Below are positions 1-8,212 of a stretch of DNA of 64,000 bases, in pieces. The position numbers and the translations under genes are program-made. This DNA is from an uncultured Bacillales bacterium (GTDB lineage Bacteria > Bacillota_I > Bacilli_A > RFN20 > CAG-449), in assembly GCA_946641515.1 (NCBI GenBank), contig CAMPBT010000002.1:129471-193470 (forward strand), in the 5' to 3' direction. Under the pieces are notes generated by a model. That model was not told the origin of the DNA and searched no databases. It saw only the letters and a program-made list of their open reading frames with translations. Each line of letters begins with the position of its first letter. Position 1 is the stretch's first letter.

Positions 1-696
1 TACTGAATCATAACCATTAGTTTCTTCAAGCATTCTTCTACTCATTGTCGCACCAGAACCATTAACTCTAGCACTTAATCCAAGAACTTCTTTTCCTCTT
101 CCCCCAAATCTAGAATCAAATGCATAGAAGAAAGCACATGCTTTAGTAAAGAAATTTTGATTACCATTAATTGCCCCTTCATAAGGACGAGCAAAGTCTA
201 CTCCACTTTGATATGCATCATTCATAAGCTGTGAAAATTCAGGATTAATATGATTATCAGCATCTAAATGAATAACAAGTTCAGCATCTTTATCATTCTT
301 TAAAATGTAATCAATGCCATATTTTAATGGATATGCCGCCATATGATGAGCAGGATCTGGATCATTATGAATTAATACAATTGCGCCTGCTTCACGTGCT
401 AAATCTGCAGTATTATCTGTACAGTTATCTGCAACTACATAAACATCAAATTTATCTCTAGGATATTTTTGACTTTTAATGACATCTTCTACTGTACTCT
501 TAATAACGCTAGATTCATTATAAGCAGGAATTACATAAGCAATTCGAGCCTGTTTATCAGATTTTTTAAAATCAATTCTCTTATGGAAGAAAGCTGCAAA
601 AACTTCAATAAATTGTAAAAGAAGTGGGATTCCAAAGAACCCAATAGCAATATAATTAATAATGCTTAAAACTCTATATAAATATTCGTACCACAT
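1..696 (-). CDS. Family 2 glycosyltransferase, membrane-anchored (PgaC/IcaA-like architecture); N-terminal part only, gene continues past window start
   Basis: Minus-strand ORF starting at an ATG (plus-strand cat at 694-696) and running off the window edge. Translation begins MWYEYLYRVLSIINYIAIGFFGIPLL (TM helix), then IAYVIPAYNESSVI, VYVVADNCTDNT and HLDADN, the typical GT2 DxD-type motifs. Confidence 0.6.
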   Translation of the reverse strand, partial: MWYEYLYRVLSIINYIAIGFFGIPLLLQFIEVFAAFFHKRIDFKKSDKQARIAYVIPAYNESSVIKSTVEDVIKSQKYPRDKFDVYVVADNCTDNTADLAREAGAIVLIHNDPDPAHHMAAYPLKYGIDYILKNDKDAELVIHLDADNHINPEFSQLMNDAYQSGVDFARPYEGAINGNQNFFTKACAFFYAFDSRFGGRGKEVLGLSARVNGSGATMSRRMLEETNGYDSV

Positions 697-785
697 ATGA
701 TTAAAGTATAACTTTAATATGCTCTTATTTCAACAATTTAACACTTGTATTTTTTTGTACCAAAAAAGCGAAGTAAGTAACTCCG

Positions 786-1472
786 CTAAAAAATATATTT
801 ATTATTTATTGTTTCTTCATAAAAGACGTCAATGCTTTCAATAGGAATAGAATATGCATAAGGGTTAGATTCTAAGGTAAATGAAGTTATTCCTACTAAT
901 TCATTATTTAGATTAAATAACCCACCTCCAGAATTACCTGATGAAATTAAATTATCACTACAAATATATTCTTTATTATTAACTAAAACTTTATTTAAAC
1001 TAACTATTCCTTTAGATAAAGTTAAGCCTTGATTAGACACATTTCCTAAAGAATATACTTCATCACCAACATTAACTTTATTACTACCAATCAAAACTGG
1101 CTTATGTTTATTGTCATCTACTTTAAATATCGCTAAATCAGATTCTACATTAACGTTTATTAATTCAAATTTAGTATATTCATCTTCATCTGCATACCTA
1201 TAAGAGAAATCAGTATATATATTTTCTCCATTATTATCTAAATTTACGACATGAGCATTAGTTATAAAATAACTATCTTTATAGCAACAAGCAGTACCAT
1301 ATGAAATGATACCAAATGTTGATTCTGCTTTTATTTCAACAACTGAATATAGATTTTCTTTATAATAATCGATTTTATATTCTTTAGAATTTAGTTTAGT
1401 AATTAAATAAACCGATAAACATATATTAAATACAGATAATACTGATAAGATTGTTATTAACACTTTTTTCAT
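786..1472 (-). CDS. Membrane-anchored trypsin-like (S1/HtrA-like, no PDZ) serine protease
   Basis: N-terminal TM helix. Catalytic triad motifs TNAHVV (His), DLAIFKV (Asp) and GNSGGGLF (Ser). Start chosen at MKKVLIT, which has GGTGAG upstream; the alternative MGEK start at 1484 has no RBS. Confidence 0.6.
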   Translation of the reverse strand: MKKVLITILSVLSVFNICLSVYLITKLNSKEYKIDYYKENLYSVVEIKAESTFGIISYGTACCYKDSYFITNAHVVNLDNNGENIYTDFSYRYADEDEYTKFELINVNVESDLAIFKVDDNKHKPVLIGSNKVNVGDEVYSLGNVSNQGLTLSKGIVSLNKVLVNNKEYICSDNLISSGNSGGGLFNLNNELVGITSFTLESNPYAYSIPIESIDVFYEETINNKYIF

Positions 1473-1720
1473 TTTCTCACCCACGATAAGTTATAAATAT
1501 TAATTCTTTTCAATTGCTTCCAAAGAATCTGCTTGGAACATAATGCAGTGCATATACTCGTTTAATAGCATAACAAAATATATTTCACCCTCATACTTTA
1601 CAAGATTAAAATCTAAAACAACATCTAATAGTTTCATTCCAACCAACTTTTTGTTATCCAAATATAAATTTGTTGATTGCTCTTTTCTTATGATAAAACT
1701 AAGAGATAACATAAATACAA

Positions 1721-2464
1721 TTACAAATTAATCTCTTCCCATTCCTTTTCATCTCTTTTCTTAAAATTATATTTATATTCATGATGAGAAGGATAATCTT
1801 CTTTCATAGCTTTTTTATGACATATTAATAAATCATCTACATAATCCAATTTTTTCTCTTTACAAAATTGAATTAACATTTTCATTGCAGGTTGTAAAAA
1901 CAGGCCATATTTAGGATAAACTTTATTAATAAATATTTTCATTAATCTATCAAACACGTCCATTTTATTTGCATTATATAAATCCGGAAATAGACCTATA
2001 TACCATTCATCTAAAACTATTATCTTTTTTCCATCCAATCTACATTTTCTATCTGTCCCTATATACATTCTATTTCTTTCTCTTTCAGAATTAGTATGAG
2101 TACAATTCTTAAATGTATAAAAGTCAAAGATATCATATTCTAATGCAACATCATAAAGATGTTCTAGTTCATTATATACTTCCGGTTTAGCATTTCTATA
2201 TGCAATGGACAAAATAAATAAGCCATTAATACTCTCTAAATTCGATAATAATTTATTATTATAATTATCATGCCAAAATTCATTTTCTTCATTTATTAAT
2301 CCTACATACTGAAAAAAATTTTTTTGCATATTAAATTGTTTTTCAGTTCTCCATTCTAACAACATTTCATCAGTAATATGGTAATAGTTTCTTTTTTCTT
2401 CATCAATAATGAAATCATCTCCAAATCCACTATAAATTTCTTTTAATTCTTCTAAAGTTAGCAT
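1721..2464 (-). CDS. Hypothetical 247-aa cytoplasmic protein, paralog A of a duplicated pair
   Basis: ORF with strong RBS (GAGGAGATAAATAAATTTATG). About 85% identical to the ORF at 3372-4115: N-terminal 77 aa and C-terminal ~90 aa are identical, the middle is variable. Confidence 0.65.
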   Translation of the reverse strand: MLTLEELKEIYSGFGDDFIIDEEKRNYYHITDEMLLEWRTEKQFNMQKNFFQYVGLINEENEFWHDNYNNKLLSNLESINGLFILSIAYRNAKPEVYNELEHLYDVALEYDIFDFYTFKNCTHTNSERERNRMYIGTDRKCRLDGKKIIVLDEWYIGLFPDLYNANKMDVFDRLMKIFINKVYPKYGLFLQPAMKMLIQFCKEKKLDYVDDLLICHKKAMKEDYPSHHEYKYNFKKRDEKEWEEINL

Positions 2465-2691
2465 AAATTTATTTATCTCCTCGTTGCTTCTTCCTTAGGT
2501 ATTGTTTGGCAATTCCACCTATATCCAAAACTATATATTGTTGCCAATTCTTTTGAATACATAGGTATATATTCCATACCATGATTTAATGGTGTTCCTG
2601 TACTATAATCAATATATCCAATTGAAGGTGTTACTAATACAAAAGTAGCATTCTTAATTATTCCCATTATTATCCATATATAATTTAATAC

Positions 2692-3345
2692 CTATACTTT
2701 GTCATAATTTCTACCACATACATTTTCAGTTAAATCTTCCCAACCTTTTTTATCTATAAAAAATGTAAACATATTATTTGATATTTCACGATAGCCACTG
2801 TATTTTATTTCATATTGTGTTGATCCAATATAGATTCTAATATTATTGCTATTATTGTTTAAAAAAGTTGCAATAGATACACCTGTCATCTTAAGTATCC
2901 ATTCTTGTACTTTTTCTTTTGTCCAACCATGTTTCTTCATTAAATCTTTAATACCTTCATTATTAAACAAATCATCTTCGGTTGGATTTTTATATGTATC
3001 ATTATAAGTATTATTATTTGTATTAGTTTGAGTATTTGTTAGTTCACTTGCTGTTTTAGCAGCTACATATTGTTGAATTAAAGTACTTACCCAATAAATT
3101 AGAGGTGTTAATATATCTCCTCCTGCTCCAGCACCACTTAATGCACCATCTGAATTAATTAAGCCGCCTCCACCCATATTAATAGGATCTAACTTACACA
3201 TTGCAGCTTCATTTATTTCTTCATCAATACTTCGTTCAATAATAGTAGGTTCACTAATAGATACATCATTACTATCTTTAGGCATTACTACTATGCTTAA
3301 AAGAATAGAAAATAATAGTACTATAATTTTTAATTTCTTTTTCAT
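2692..3345 (-). CDS. Secreted Gly-rich protein of unknown function (signal peptide)
   Basis: MKKKLKIIVLLFSILLSIVVMP signal peptide, GAGGGGGG RBS, and a Gly-rich segment MGGGGLINSDGALSGAGAGGD followed by a hydrophobic LTPLIYWVSTLIQQYVAA stretch. Confidence 0.55.
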   Translation of the reverse strand: MKKKLKIIVLLFSILLSIVVMPKDSNDVSISEPTIIERSIDEEINEAAMCKLDPINMGGGGLINSDGALSGAGAGGDILTPLIYWVSTLIQQYVAAKTASELTNTQTNTNNNTYNDTYKNPTEDDLFNNEGIKDLMKKHGWTKEKVQEWILKMTGVSIATFLNNNSNNIRIYIGSTQYEIKYSGYREISNNMFTFFIDKKGWEDLTENVCGRNYDKV

Positions 3346-3371
3346 TATTCCCCCCTCGTGTAATAATTTAA

Positions 3372-4115
3372 TTACAAATTAATCTCTTCCCATTCCTTTT
3401 CATCTCTTTTCTTAAAATTATATTTATATTCATGATGAGAAGGATAATCTTCTTTCATAGCTTTTTTATGACATATTAATAAATCATCTACATAATCCAA
3501 TTTTTTCTCTTTACAAAATTGAATTAACATTTTCATTGCAGGTTGTAAAAATAGACCATATTTAGGATAAACTTTATTAATAAATATCTTCATTAATCTA
3601 TCAAACACATCCATTTTATTTGCCTTATATAAATTTGGAAATAAACCTATATACCATTCATCAACTATTATCGTTTTCTTTCCTTCTTCTCTATACCTAT
3701 AATCTTTACCGATATACATTTCATTTCTATCTCTTTCAGAATTAGTATGAGTACAATTCTTAAATGTATAAAAATCAAAGATATCATATTCTAATGCAAC
3801 ATCATAAAGATGTTCTAGTTCATCATATACTTCCGGTTTGGCATTTCTATATGCAATGGACAAATCAAAAATAACATTAATTCTTTCTAAATTAGATAGT
3901 AATTTATTATTGTAATTATCATGCCAAAATTCATTTTCTTCATTTATTAATCCTACATACTGAAAAAAATTTTTTTGCATATTAAATTGTTTTTCAGTTC
4001 TCCATTCTAACAACATTTCATCAGTAATATGGTAATAGTTTCTTTTTTCTTCATCAATAATGAAATCATCTCCAAATCCACTATAAATTTCTTTTAATTC
4101 TTCTAAAGTTAGCAT
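3372..4115 (-). CDS. Hypothetical 247-aa cytoplasmic protein, paralog B
   Basis: Same RBS and start context as paralog A. Differs only in a clustered mid-region, e.g. GTDRKCRLDGKKIIVL versus GKDYRYREEGKKTIIV. Confidence 0.65.
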   Translation of the reverse strand: MLTLEELKEIYSGFGDDFIIDEEKRNYYHITDEMLLEWRTEKQFNMQKNFFQYVGLINEENEFWHDNYNNKLLSNLERINVIFDLSIAYRNAKPEVYDELEHLYDVALEYDIFDFYTFKNCTHTNSERDRNEMYIGKDYRYREEGKKTIIVDEWYIGLFPNLYKANKMDVFDRLMKIFINKVYPKYGLFLQPAMKMLIQFCKEKKLDYVDDLLICHKKAMKEDYPSHHEYKYNFKKRDEKEWEEINL

Positions 4116-4331
4116 AAATTTATTTATCTCCTCGTTGCTTCTTCCATAGGTATTGTTTGGTTATTCCACCTATAATTAAATCTATATATTGTTGCTAGTT
4201 CTTTTGTTTTGTCACTATTTTTATTATTAATTACAAAATACCATAGTTCTTTTAACAATTCAATTAATTTTGTAACAATAGTAAATTTGCAAAAAAAAGG
4301 CAACTTTTCAGTTGTCTTCAATATTACATAA

Positions 4332-4407
4332 TGGTGGAGCTGAAGAGGATCGAACTCTCTACCTCCTGAATGCAAATCAGGCGCTCTCCCAGGTGAGCTA
4401 CAGCCCC
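4332..4407 (-). tRNA. tRNA-Ala (anticodon UGC)
   Basis: Reverse complement reads GGGGCTGTAGCTCACCTGGGAGAGCGCCTGATTTGCATTCAGGAGGTAGAGAGTTCGATCCTCTTCAGCTCCACCA. It folds as a cloverleaf with the G3:U70 Ala identity pair and an encoded CCA. Confidence 0.9.
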
Positions 4408-4448
4408 ATATGTATATCCACAGTCCGCGAGGGACTGATGTAATTAAA

Positions 4449-4525
4449 TGGTCGGGAAAACAGGATTTGAACCTGCGACACCCTGGTCCCAAACCAGGTG
4501 CTCTACCAAGCTGAGCTATTTCCCG
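4449..4525 (-). tRNA. tRNA-Pro (anticodon UGG)
   Basis: Reverse complement reads CGGGAAATAGCTCAGCTTGGTAGAGCACCTGGTTTGGGACCAGGGTGTCGCAGGTTCAAATCCTGTTTTCCCGACCA, with anticodon loop TTTGGGA. Confidence 0.9.
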
Positions 4526-4533
4526 AAATTGCA

Positions 4534-4610
4534 TGGCGCGCTAAGCAAGAATCGAACTCGCAACCTCCAGATTCGTAGTCTGGCACTCTATCCAGTTGAG
4601 CTATTAGCGC
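4534..4610 (-). tRNA. tRNA-Arg (anticodon ACG)
   Basis: Reverse complement reads GCGCTAATAGCTCAACTGGATAGAGTGCCAGACTACGAATCTGGAGGTTGCGAGTTCGATTCTTGCTTAGCGCGCCA, with anticodon loop CTACGAA. Confidence 0.9.
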
Positions 4611-4692
4611 AATGCTTGTTAATAGTACAACTTCTAGATATTTTTTTCAAGAGTTTTTCTAAAGAATTTTTAGGTTTCTCACTTATTTGTAA

Positions 4693-4767
4693 TGGAGGTT
4701 CCTAACGGATTCGAACCGATGGTCATTGAGTTGCAGTCAATTGCCTTACCAACTTGGCTAAGGAACC
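4693..4767 (-). tRNA. tRNA-Cys (anticodon GCA)
   Basis: Reverse complement reads GGTTCCTTAGCCAAGTTGGTAAGGCAATTGACTGCAACTCAATGACCATCGGTTCGAATCCGTTAGGAACCTCCA, with anticodon loop CTGCAAC. Confidence 0.88.
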
Positions 4768-4844
4768 ATTTCCATCAGCGATATTAATATTATCAAAACG
4801 ACAATATTAATGCAACTAATTTTTATCAAAAATAAATAAAAAAT

Positions 4845-5165
4845 TTATATACCCAAAAATAATTTAATTATAGTGATGATTAATATGACTATTCCAATTG
4901 ATATACCAATCCAGTTTAGTTGAATATTTTCTTTCTTTTTAGCCTTAGATAAACCAACAATCCCTAAGATAATGCCAATAATCCCGCCCAAGCAGCCGAA
5001 AACAATTGATAAAATACCGCAAGTTCTTGCAGTTTTTTCATCACTAGATTCAGTAGAAGATAAATTGATATTTGAATTTTCTACTGTAGAATTTTGTTTC
5101 ATTCCACAATAAGGACAGAAAGCATCATCTTCTCTAATTTCTTTTCCACAATTTGAGCAAAACAT
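4845..5165 (-). CDS. Zinc-ribbon (CxxC..CxxC) membrane protein, CD225/dispanin-like
   Basis: MFCSNCGKEI...CPYCG zinc ribbon, then hydrophobic segments (TCGILSIVFGCLGGIIGIILGIVGL and IGISIGIVILIITIIKLFLGI). Confidence 0.5.
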   Translation of the reverse strand: MFCSNCGKEIREDDAFCPYCGMKQNSTVENSNINLSSTESSDEKTARTCGILSIVFGCLGGIIGIILGIVGLSKAKKKENIQLNWIGISIGIVILIITIIKLFLGI

Positions 5166-5179
5166 ATAATTTCTCCAAA

Positions 5180-5518
5180 CTAGAATTCTTCATCAGGAAT
5201 TAATAACATAAATAATCCAGCTAATAATCCATTAAAAATTAAGCAAACAATTCCAATACCTACTAAATCATCTCTATTATTCGCAGAATTTAATTTGTTT
5301 AAACCGATAATACCTGTAATTAAAGGAATAATCATCCAGAATTCAACTATAATACTAAGGATTAAAAAAACTTTAGCAAGAGTGTGGAATGTAGTAGGTT
5401 TATTTCCACTATAAGATACATCAATAGTTTCTGATGCCTTATTTACAGCTTTTCCACATGACGGACAGAACTTTGAATCTTCATCAAGTAATGCACCACA
5501 ATATCTACAATATTTCAT
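5180..5518 (-). CDS. Zinc-ribbon membrane protein, tandem paralog of the preceding gene
   Basis: MKYCRYCGALL...CPSCGK zinc ribbon plus hydrophobic helices; same architecture as 4845-5165. Confidence 0.5.
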   Translation of the reverse strand: MKYCRYCGALLDEDSKFCPSCGKAVNKASETIDVSYSGNKPTTFHTLAKVFLILSIIVEFWMIIPLITGIIGLNKLNSANNRDDLVGIGIVCLIFNGLLAGLFMLLIPDEEF

Positions 5519-5580
5519 AATATAAATCCCCTCACGTAAATACTTTTATTTATAATAACACATTTATTTTATAATCAATA

Positions 5581-6393
5581 CTATTTTATATAAGCCTTAT
5601 AAAGAACTTTTTCAAATTTAACACCATATGAATGGTCTTTATCAAGTTTAGTATCGTTGATGCAATCAACAATAAATTGAGTTGCATCATCTAAAGTTTC
5701 TTGCATTGATTTATTATTTAATAAGTTACCGATGATAACTGAGGAGAAAATATCTCCAGTACCGTGATATGATGGTTCAACTTTCTCTTTTAAGGAGATT
5801 ACTGTGTTTTGATTAAAACGTGCAATTGCACCAATCTTATTACTAACTTCATAACCTGTTAAAATAACATTTTTTGCACCTAAAGCAAGTAATTTGTCAA
5901 GTAAAGTATTAATGAATTCTTCATCTTGCTTTTCTTGATAAGGAGTATCAGTTAAAAAGCAAGCTTCAGTAATATTAGGTAAAATATAATCCGCGACAGA
6001 ACAAATTCTTCTCATCCCTTTAATAATATCTTCACCTAGTCCATAATACATCTTTCCATGATCTGCCATAGCAGGGTCTACAAAGAATAATCCATTCTTA
6101 GTTAATAAAGAATTTTTAACATCTAAAATATAATCAAATTGAGAAGAAGCACCTATATAACCTGTATATAAAGCATCTAATTTAATATTTTCACTCTTCC
6201 AATGATTAATAATTTTTGGCATTTCATCTGTTAAATCATGAACAGTAAAGCCTTTAAATCCACCAGTATGTGTAGATAAAATTGCAGATGGTAAAATAAC
6301 AGTTTCATGACCATAGCTAGATAAAATAGGTAATGCTACAGTAGTAGAGCATTGACCATAGCAAGATATATCTTGAATAGTTAATATTTTCAT
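5581..6393 (-). CDS. pdxK: Pyridoxal/pyridoxine/pyridoxamine kinase (PfkB-family vitamin B6 kinase)
   Basis: MKILTIQDISCYGQCSTTVALPILS...HTGG..VDPAM..GTGD pattern typical of PdxK/PdxY. RBS GAGGAAAC present. Confidence 0.7.
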   Translation of the reverse strand: MKILTIQDISCYGQCSTTVALPILSSYGHETVILPSAILSTHTGGFKGFTVHDLTDEMPKIINHWKSENIKLDALYTGYIGASSQFDYILDVKNSLLTKNGLFFVDPAMADHGKMYYGLGEDIIKGMRRICSVADYILPNITEACFLTDTPYQEKQDEEFINTLLDKLLALGAKNVILTGYEVSNKIGAIARFNQNTVISLKEKVEPSYHGTGDIFSSVIIGNLLNNKSMQETLDDATQFIVDCINDTKLDKDHSYGVKFEKVLYKAYIK

Positions 6394-6449
6394 AAGTTTC
6401 CTCGATTTATGTTCTCTATATATTTTTTATAACTTAGAAAAGGAAGATA

Positions 6450-7379
6450 CTATTTAAGTACCTTTCCTAAAATTTTTGCACCATTAATAAAGGATTTATA
6501 ATCCATAATGTTTTTACCTTGTTTTTGAACTTCAAGTAAAGAAACAATTCCATCTTTTAATTGAAGGTATAAACCGCCTTTATCACATCTAACAATTTCA
6601 CCAACTTGGCCTAAAATTTCATCACTAACAACTTCTGCTTTATAAATCTTAAAGACAGTTTCATCAAGTAATAAATATCCTCCAGGTGTATTAGCAAGTC
6701 CTCTAACCCAATTAACAAAATTAACTTTGTTGTCTAATGATAAATGTTCATCTTCTTTACTGATTTTTGAACATTTAGTAACAAGATTTTCATCTTGTTC
6801 TACACCTTTAATTTTGTTATCAAGATAATCTGGTAACATTTCAAGTAAAGCCGAAGACCCAGCTTCAGTAATCTTCTTAGTTAATGAAGTATAATTATCA
6901 TCTTTTTCAATCTTTACTTCTTTCTTATAGAACATCTGTCCTGCATCCATTTCATAAATCATTTCCATGATAGTAACACCAGTTACTTCATCTCCATTAA
7001 TTAATGAACTTTGAATAGGAGATGCTCCCCTATATTTTGGAAGTAATGATCCGTGTACATTAATACATTTATATGTAGGAATATCTAAGACTTCCTGAGG
7101 AACTAATTGACCATAAGCACAGGTAATAATCAAATCTGGCTTTAATTCCTTTAAAAAGTCATATTCTTTACGAATACGATGAGGTTGGAAAACAGGAATA
7201 TTATGTTCTAAAGCTTCTTCTTTAACAGGAGTAGGCTTTAAAATAGCCTTTCTTCCAACAGGCTTATCTTCTTGAGAAACAACGCCTACAATGTTATATC
7301 CTTCAGTAATTAAACTATGGAGAATACTTCTAGCAATATCTGGAGTACCCATAAATACAATTCTAATATTTTTATTCAT
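6450..7379 (-). CDS. fmt: Methionyl-tRNA formyltransferase
   Basis: IRIVFMGTPDIA...VVSQEDKPVGRK...INVHGSLLPKYRGASPIQ motifs. Start set at MNKNIRIVF (the longer ORF's N-terminal extension looks spurious). Confidence 0.85.
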   Translation of the reverse strand: MNKNIRIVFMGTPDIARSILHSLITEGYNIVGVVSQEDKPVGRKAILKPTPVKEEALEHNIPVFQPHRIRKEYDFLKELKPDLIITCAYGQLVPQEVLDIPTYKCINVHGSLLPKYRGASPIQSSLINGDEVTGVTIMEMIYEMDAGQMFYKKEVKIEKDDNYTSLTKKITEAGSSALLEMLPDYLDNKIKGVEQDENLVTKCSKISKEDEHLSLDNKVNFVNWVRGLANTPGGYLLLDETVFKIYKAEVVSDEILGQVGEIVRCDKGGLYLQLKDGIVSLLEVQKQGKNIMDYKSFINGAKILGKVLK

Positions 7380-7440
7380 TTTATCACCAGAATCATTGTA
7401 CTTAATTATATAAATTAAGTAAATATTTAAGTATAAAAAC

Positions 7441-7469
7441 GTTGAAACAACATTCAATATATGCTATCA
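7441..7469 (+). promoter_or_regulatory. Putative sigma-A promoter of rpsT (TTGAAA, 17-nt spacer, TATCAT)
   Basis: Hexamers read from the sequence ~30 nt upstream of the rpsT RBS AAAGGAGA. Confidence 0.35.
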
Positions 7470-7498
7470 TTGACAAGGTTAACGAAAGGAGATTTACC

Positions 7499-7765
7499 AT
7501 GGCAAATATCAAATCACAGATTAAGAGAGCTAAAACAAATGCAAAAACAAATAAAGCAAATTCTTCATACAAAGCAGCAATGAGAACTGCAATCAAAAAA
7601 GTTAACGCAGCAGTAGTTGCAGGCAACAAAGAAGAAGCAGCAAAATTATTACCAGTTGCATTCTCTTACATCGATGCTTCAGTTTCAAAAGGCATTCAGC
7701 ACAAGAACACTGCAGCAAGACAAAAAGCTTCATTACAGAACGCTGTTAATGGCTTAAACAAATAA
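7499..7765 (+). CDS. rpsT: 30S ribosomal protein S20
   Basis: MANIKSQIKRAKTNAKTNKANSSYKAAMRTAIKKV, with RBS AAAGGAGATTTACC directly upstream. Confidence 0.9.
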   Translation: MANIKSQIKRAKTNAKTNKANSSYKAAMRTAIKKVNAAVVAGNKEEAAKLLPVAFSYIDASVSKGIQHKNTAARQKASLQNAVNGLNK

Positions 7766-7789
7766 GTCTTCTTAAACAATATAAAAATT

Positions 7790-7816
7790 AACCAGTCAAT
7801 CGACTGGTTTTTTTGT
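7790..7816 (+). terminator. Rho-independent terminator of rpsT
   Basis: Hairpin AACCAGTC-AAT-CGACTGGTT followed by TTTTTTTG. Confidence 0.75.
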
Positions 7817-7835
7817 ACTCTATAATCCTTATATA

Positions 7836-7866
7836 TAATAAAAGGTACCCTCTTTCGAGAGTACCT
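7836..7866 (-). terminator. Rho-independent terminator of the nusA-infB-rbfA operon
   Basis: Hairpin GGTACCCTC-TTTC-GAGAGTACC immediately after the rbfA stop, followed by a U-run on the minus strand. Confidence 0.6.
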
Positions 7867-7872
7867 ATTTTG

Positions 7873-8211
7873 CTATTTACCGTTTAATTCTTTTAAAACT
7901 TCTTCAATTCTAGCACCTTTATCATAAGTATCATCTTTGATAAATGTGATTTCAGGAACTTTGTAGATGTCCATTCTATGAGCAAGTTCACTTCTAATGA
8001 AGCCTTTTGCTTTATTTAATTGTTCAACTGCTAAGTCTACTTTCTTTAAATCTAAGTGGGAAACATAAACTTTACAATATGAATAATCATTAGTAACATC
8101 ACAAGAATTGACAGATACTAATTTCATAACTGGATCTTTCATGTCAAACATGATGATATCAGAAATGTTCTTTTGAATTAGAGTAGCAATTCTTTCTTTT
8201 TTATTTGCCAT
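7873..8211 (-). CDS. rbfA: Ribosome-binding factor A
   Basis: MANKKERIATLIQKNISDII...CKVYVS..; size and position after infB fit rbfA. Confidence 0.85.
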   Translation of the reverse strand: MANKKERIATLIQKNISDIIMFDMKDPVMKLVSVNSCDVTNDYSYCKVYVSHLDLKKVDLAVEQLNKAKGFIRSELAHRMDIYKVPEITFIKDDTYDKGARIEEVLKELNGK

Positions 8212-8212
8212 A

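Noticed and set aside
1500-1731. 70-aa minus and 62-aa plus ORFs between the protease and paralog A
   Set aside because: No RBS and no recognisable features. They might hide a small protein, but they are not supportable from sequence alone.
4124-4705. ORFs 4124-4534 (minus) and 4448-4705 (plus) from the six-frame track
   Set aside because: They run straight through the tRNA-Ala, Pro and Arg genes. Only the last ~26 codons of the minus-strand ORF are meaningful, being the duplicated upstream tail discussed in the findings.
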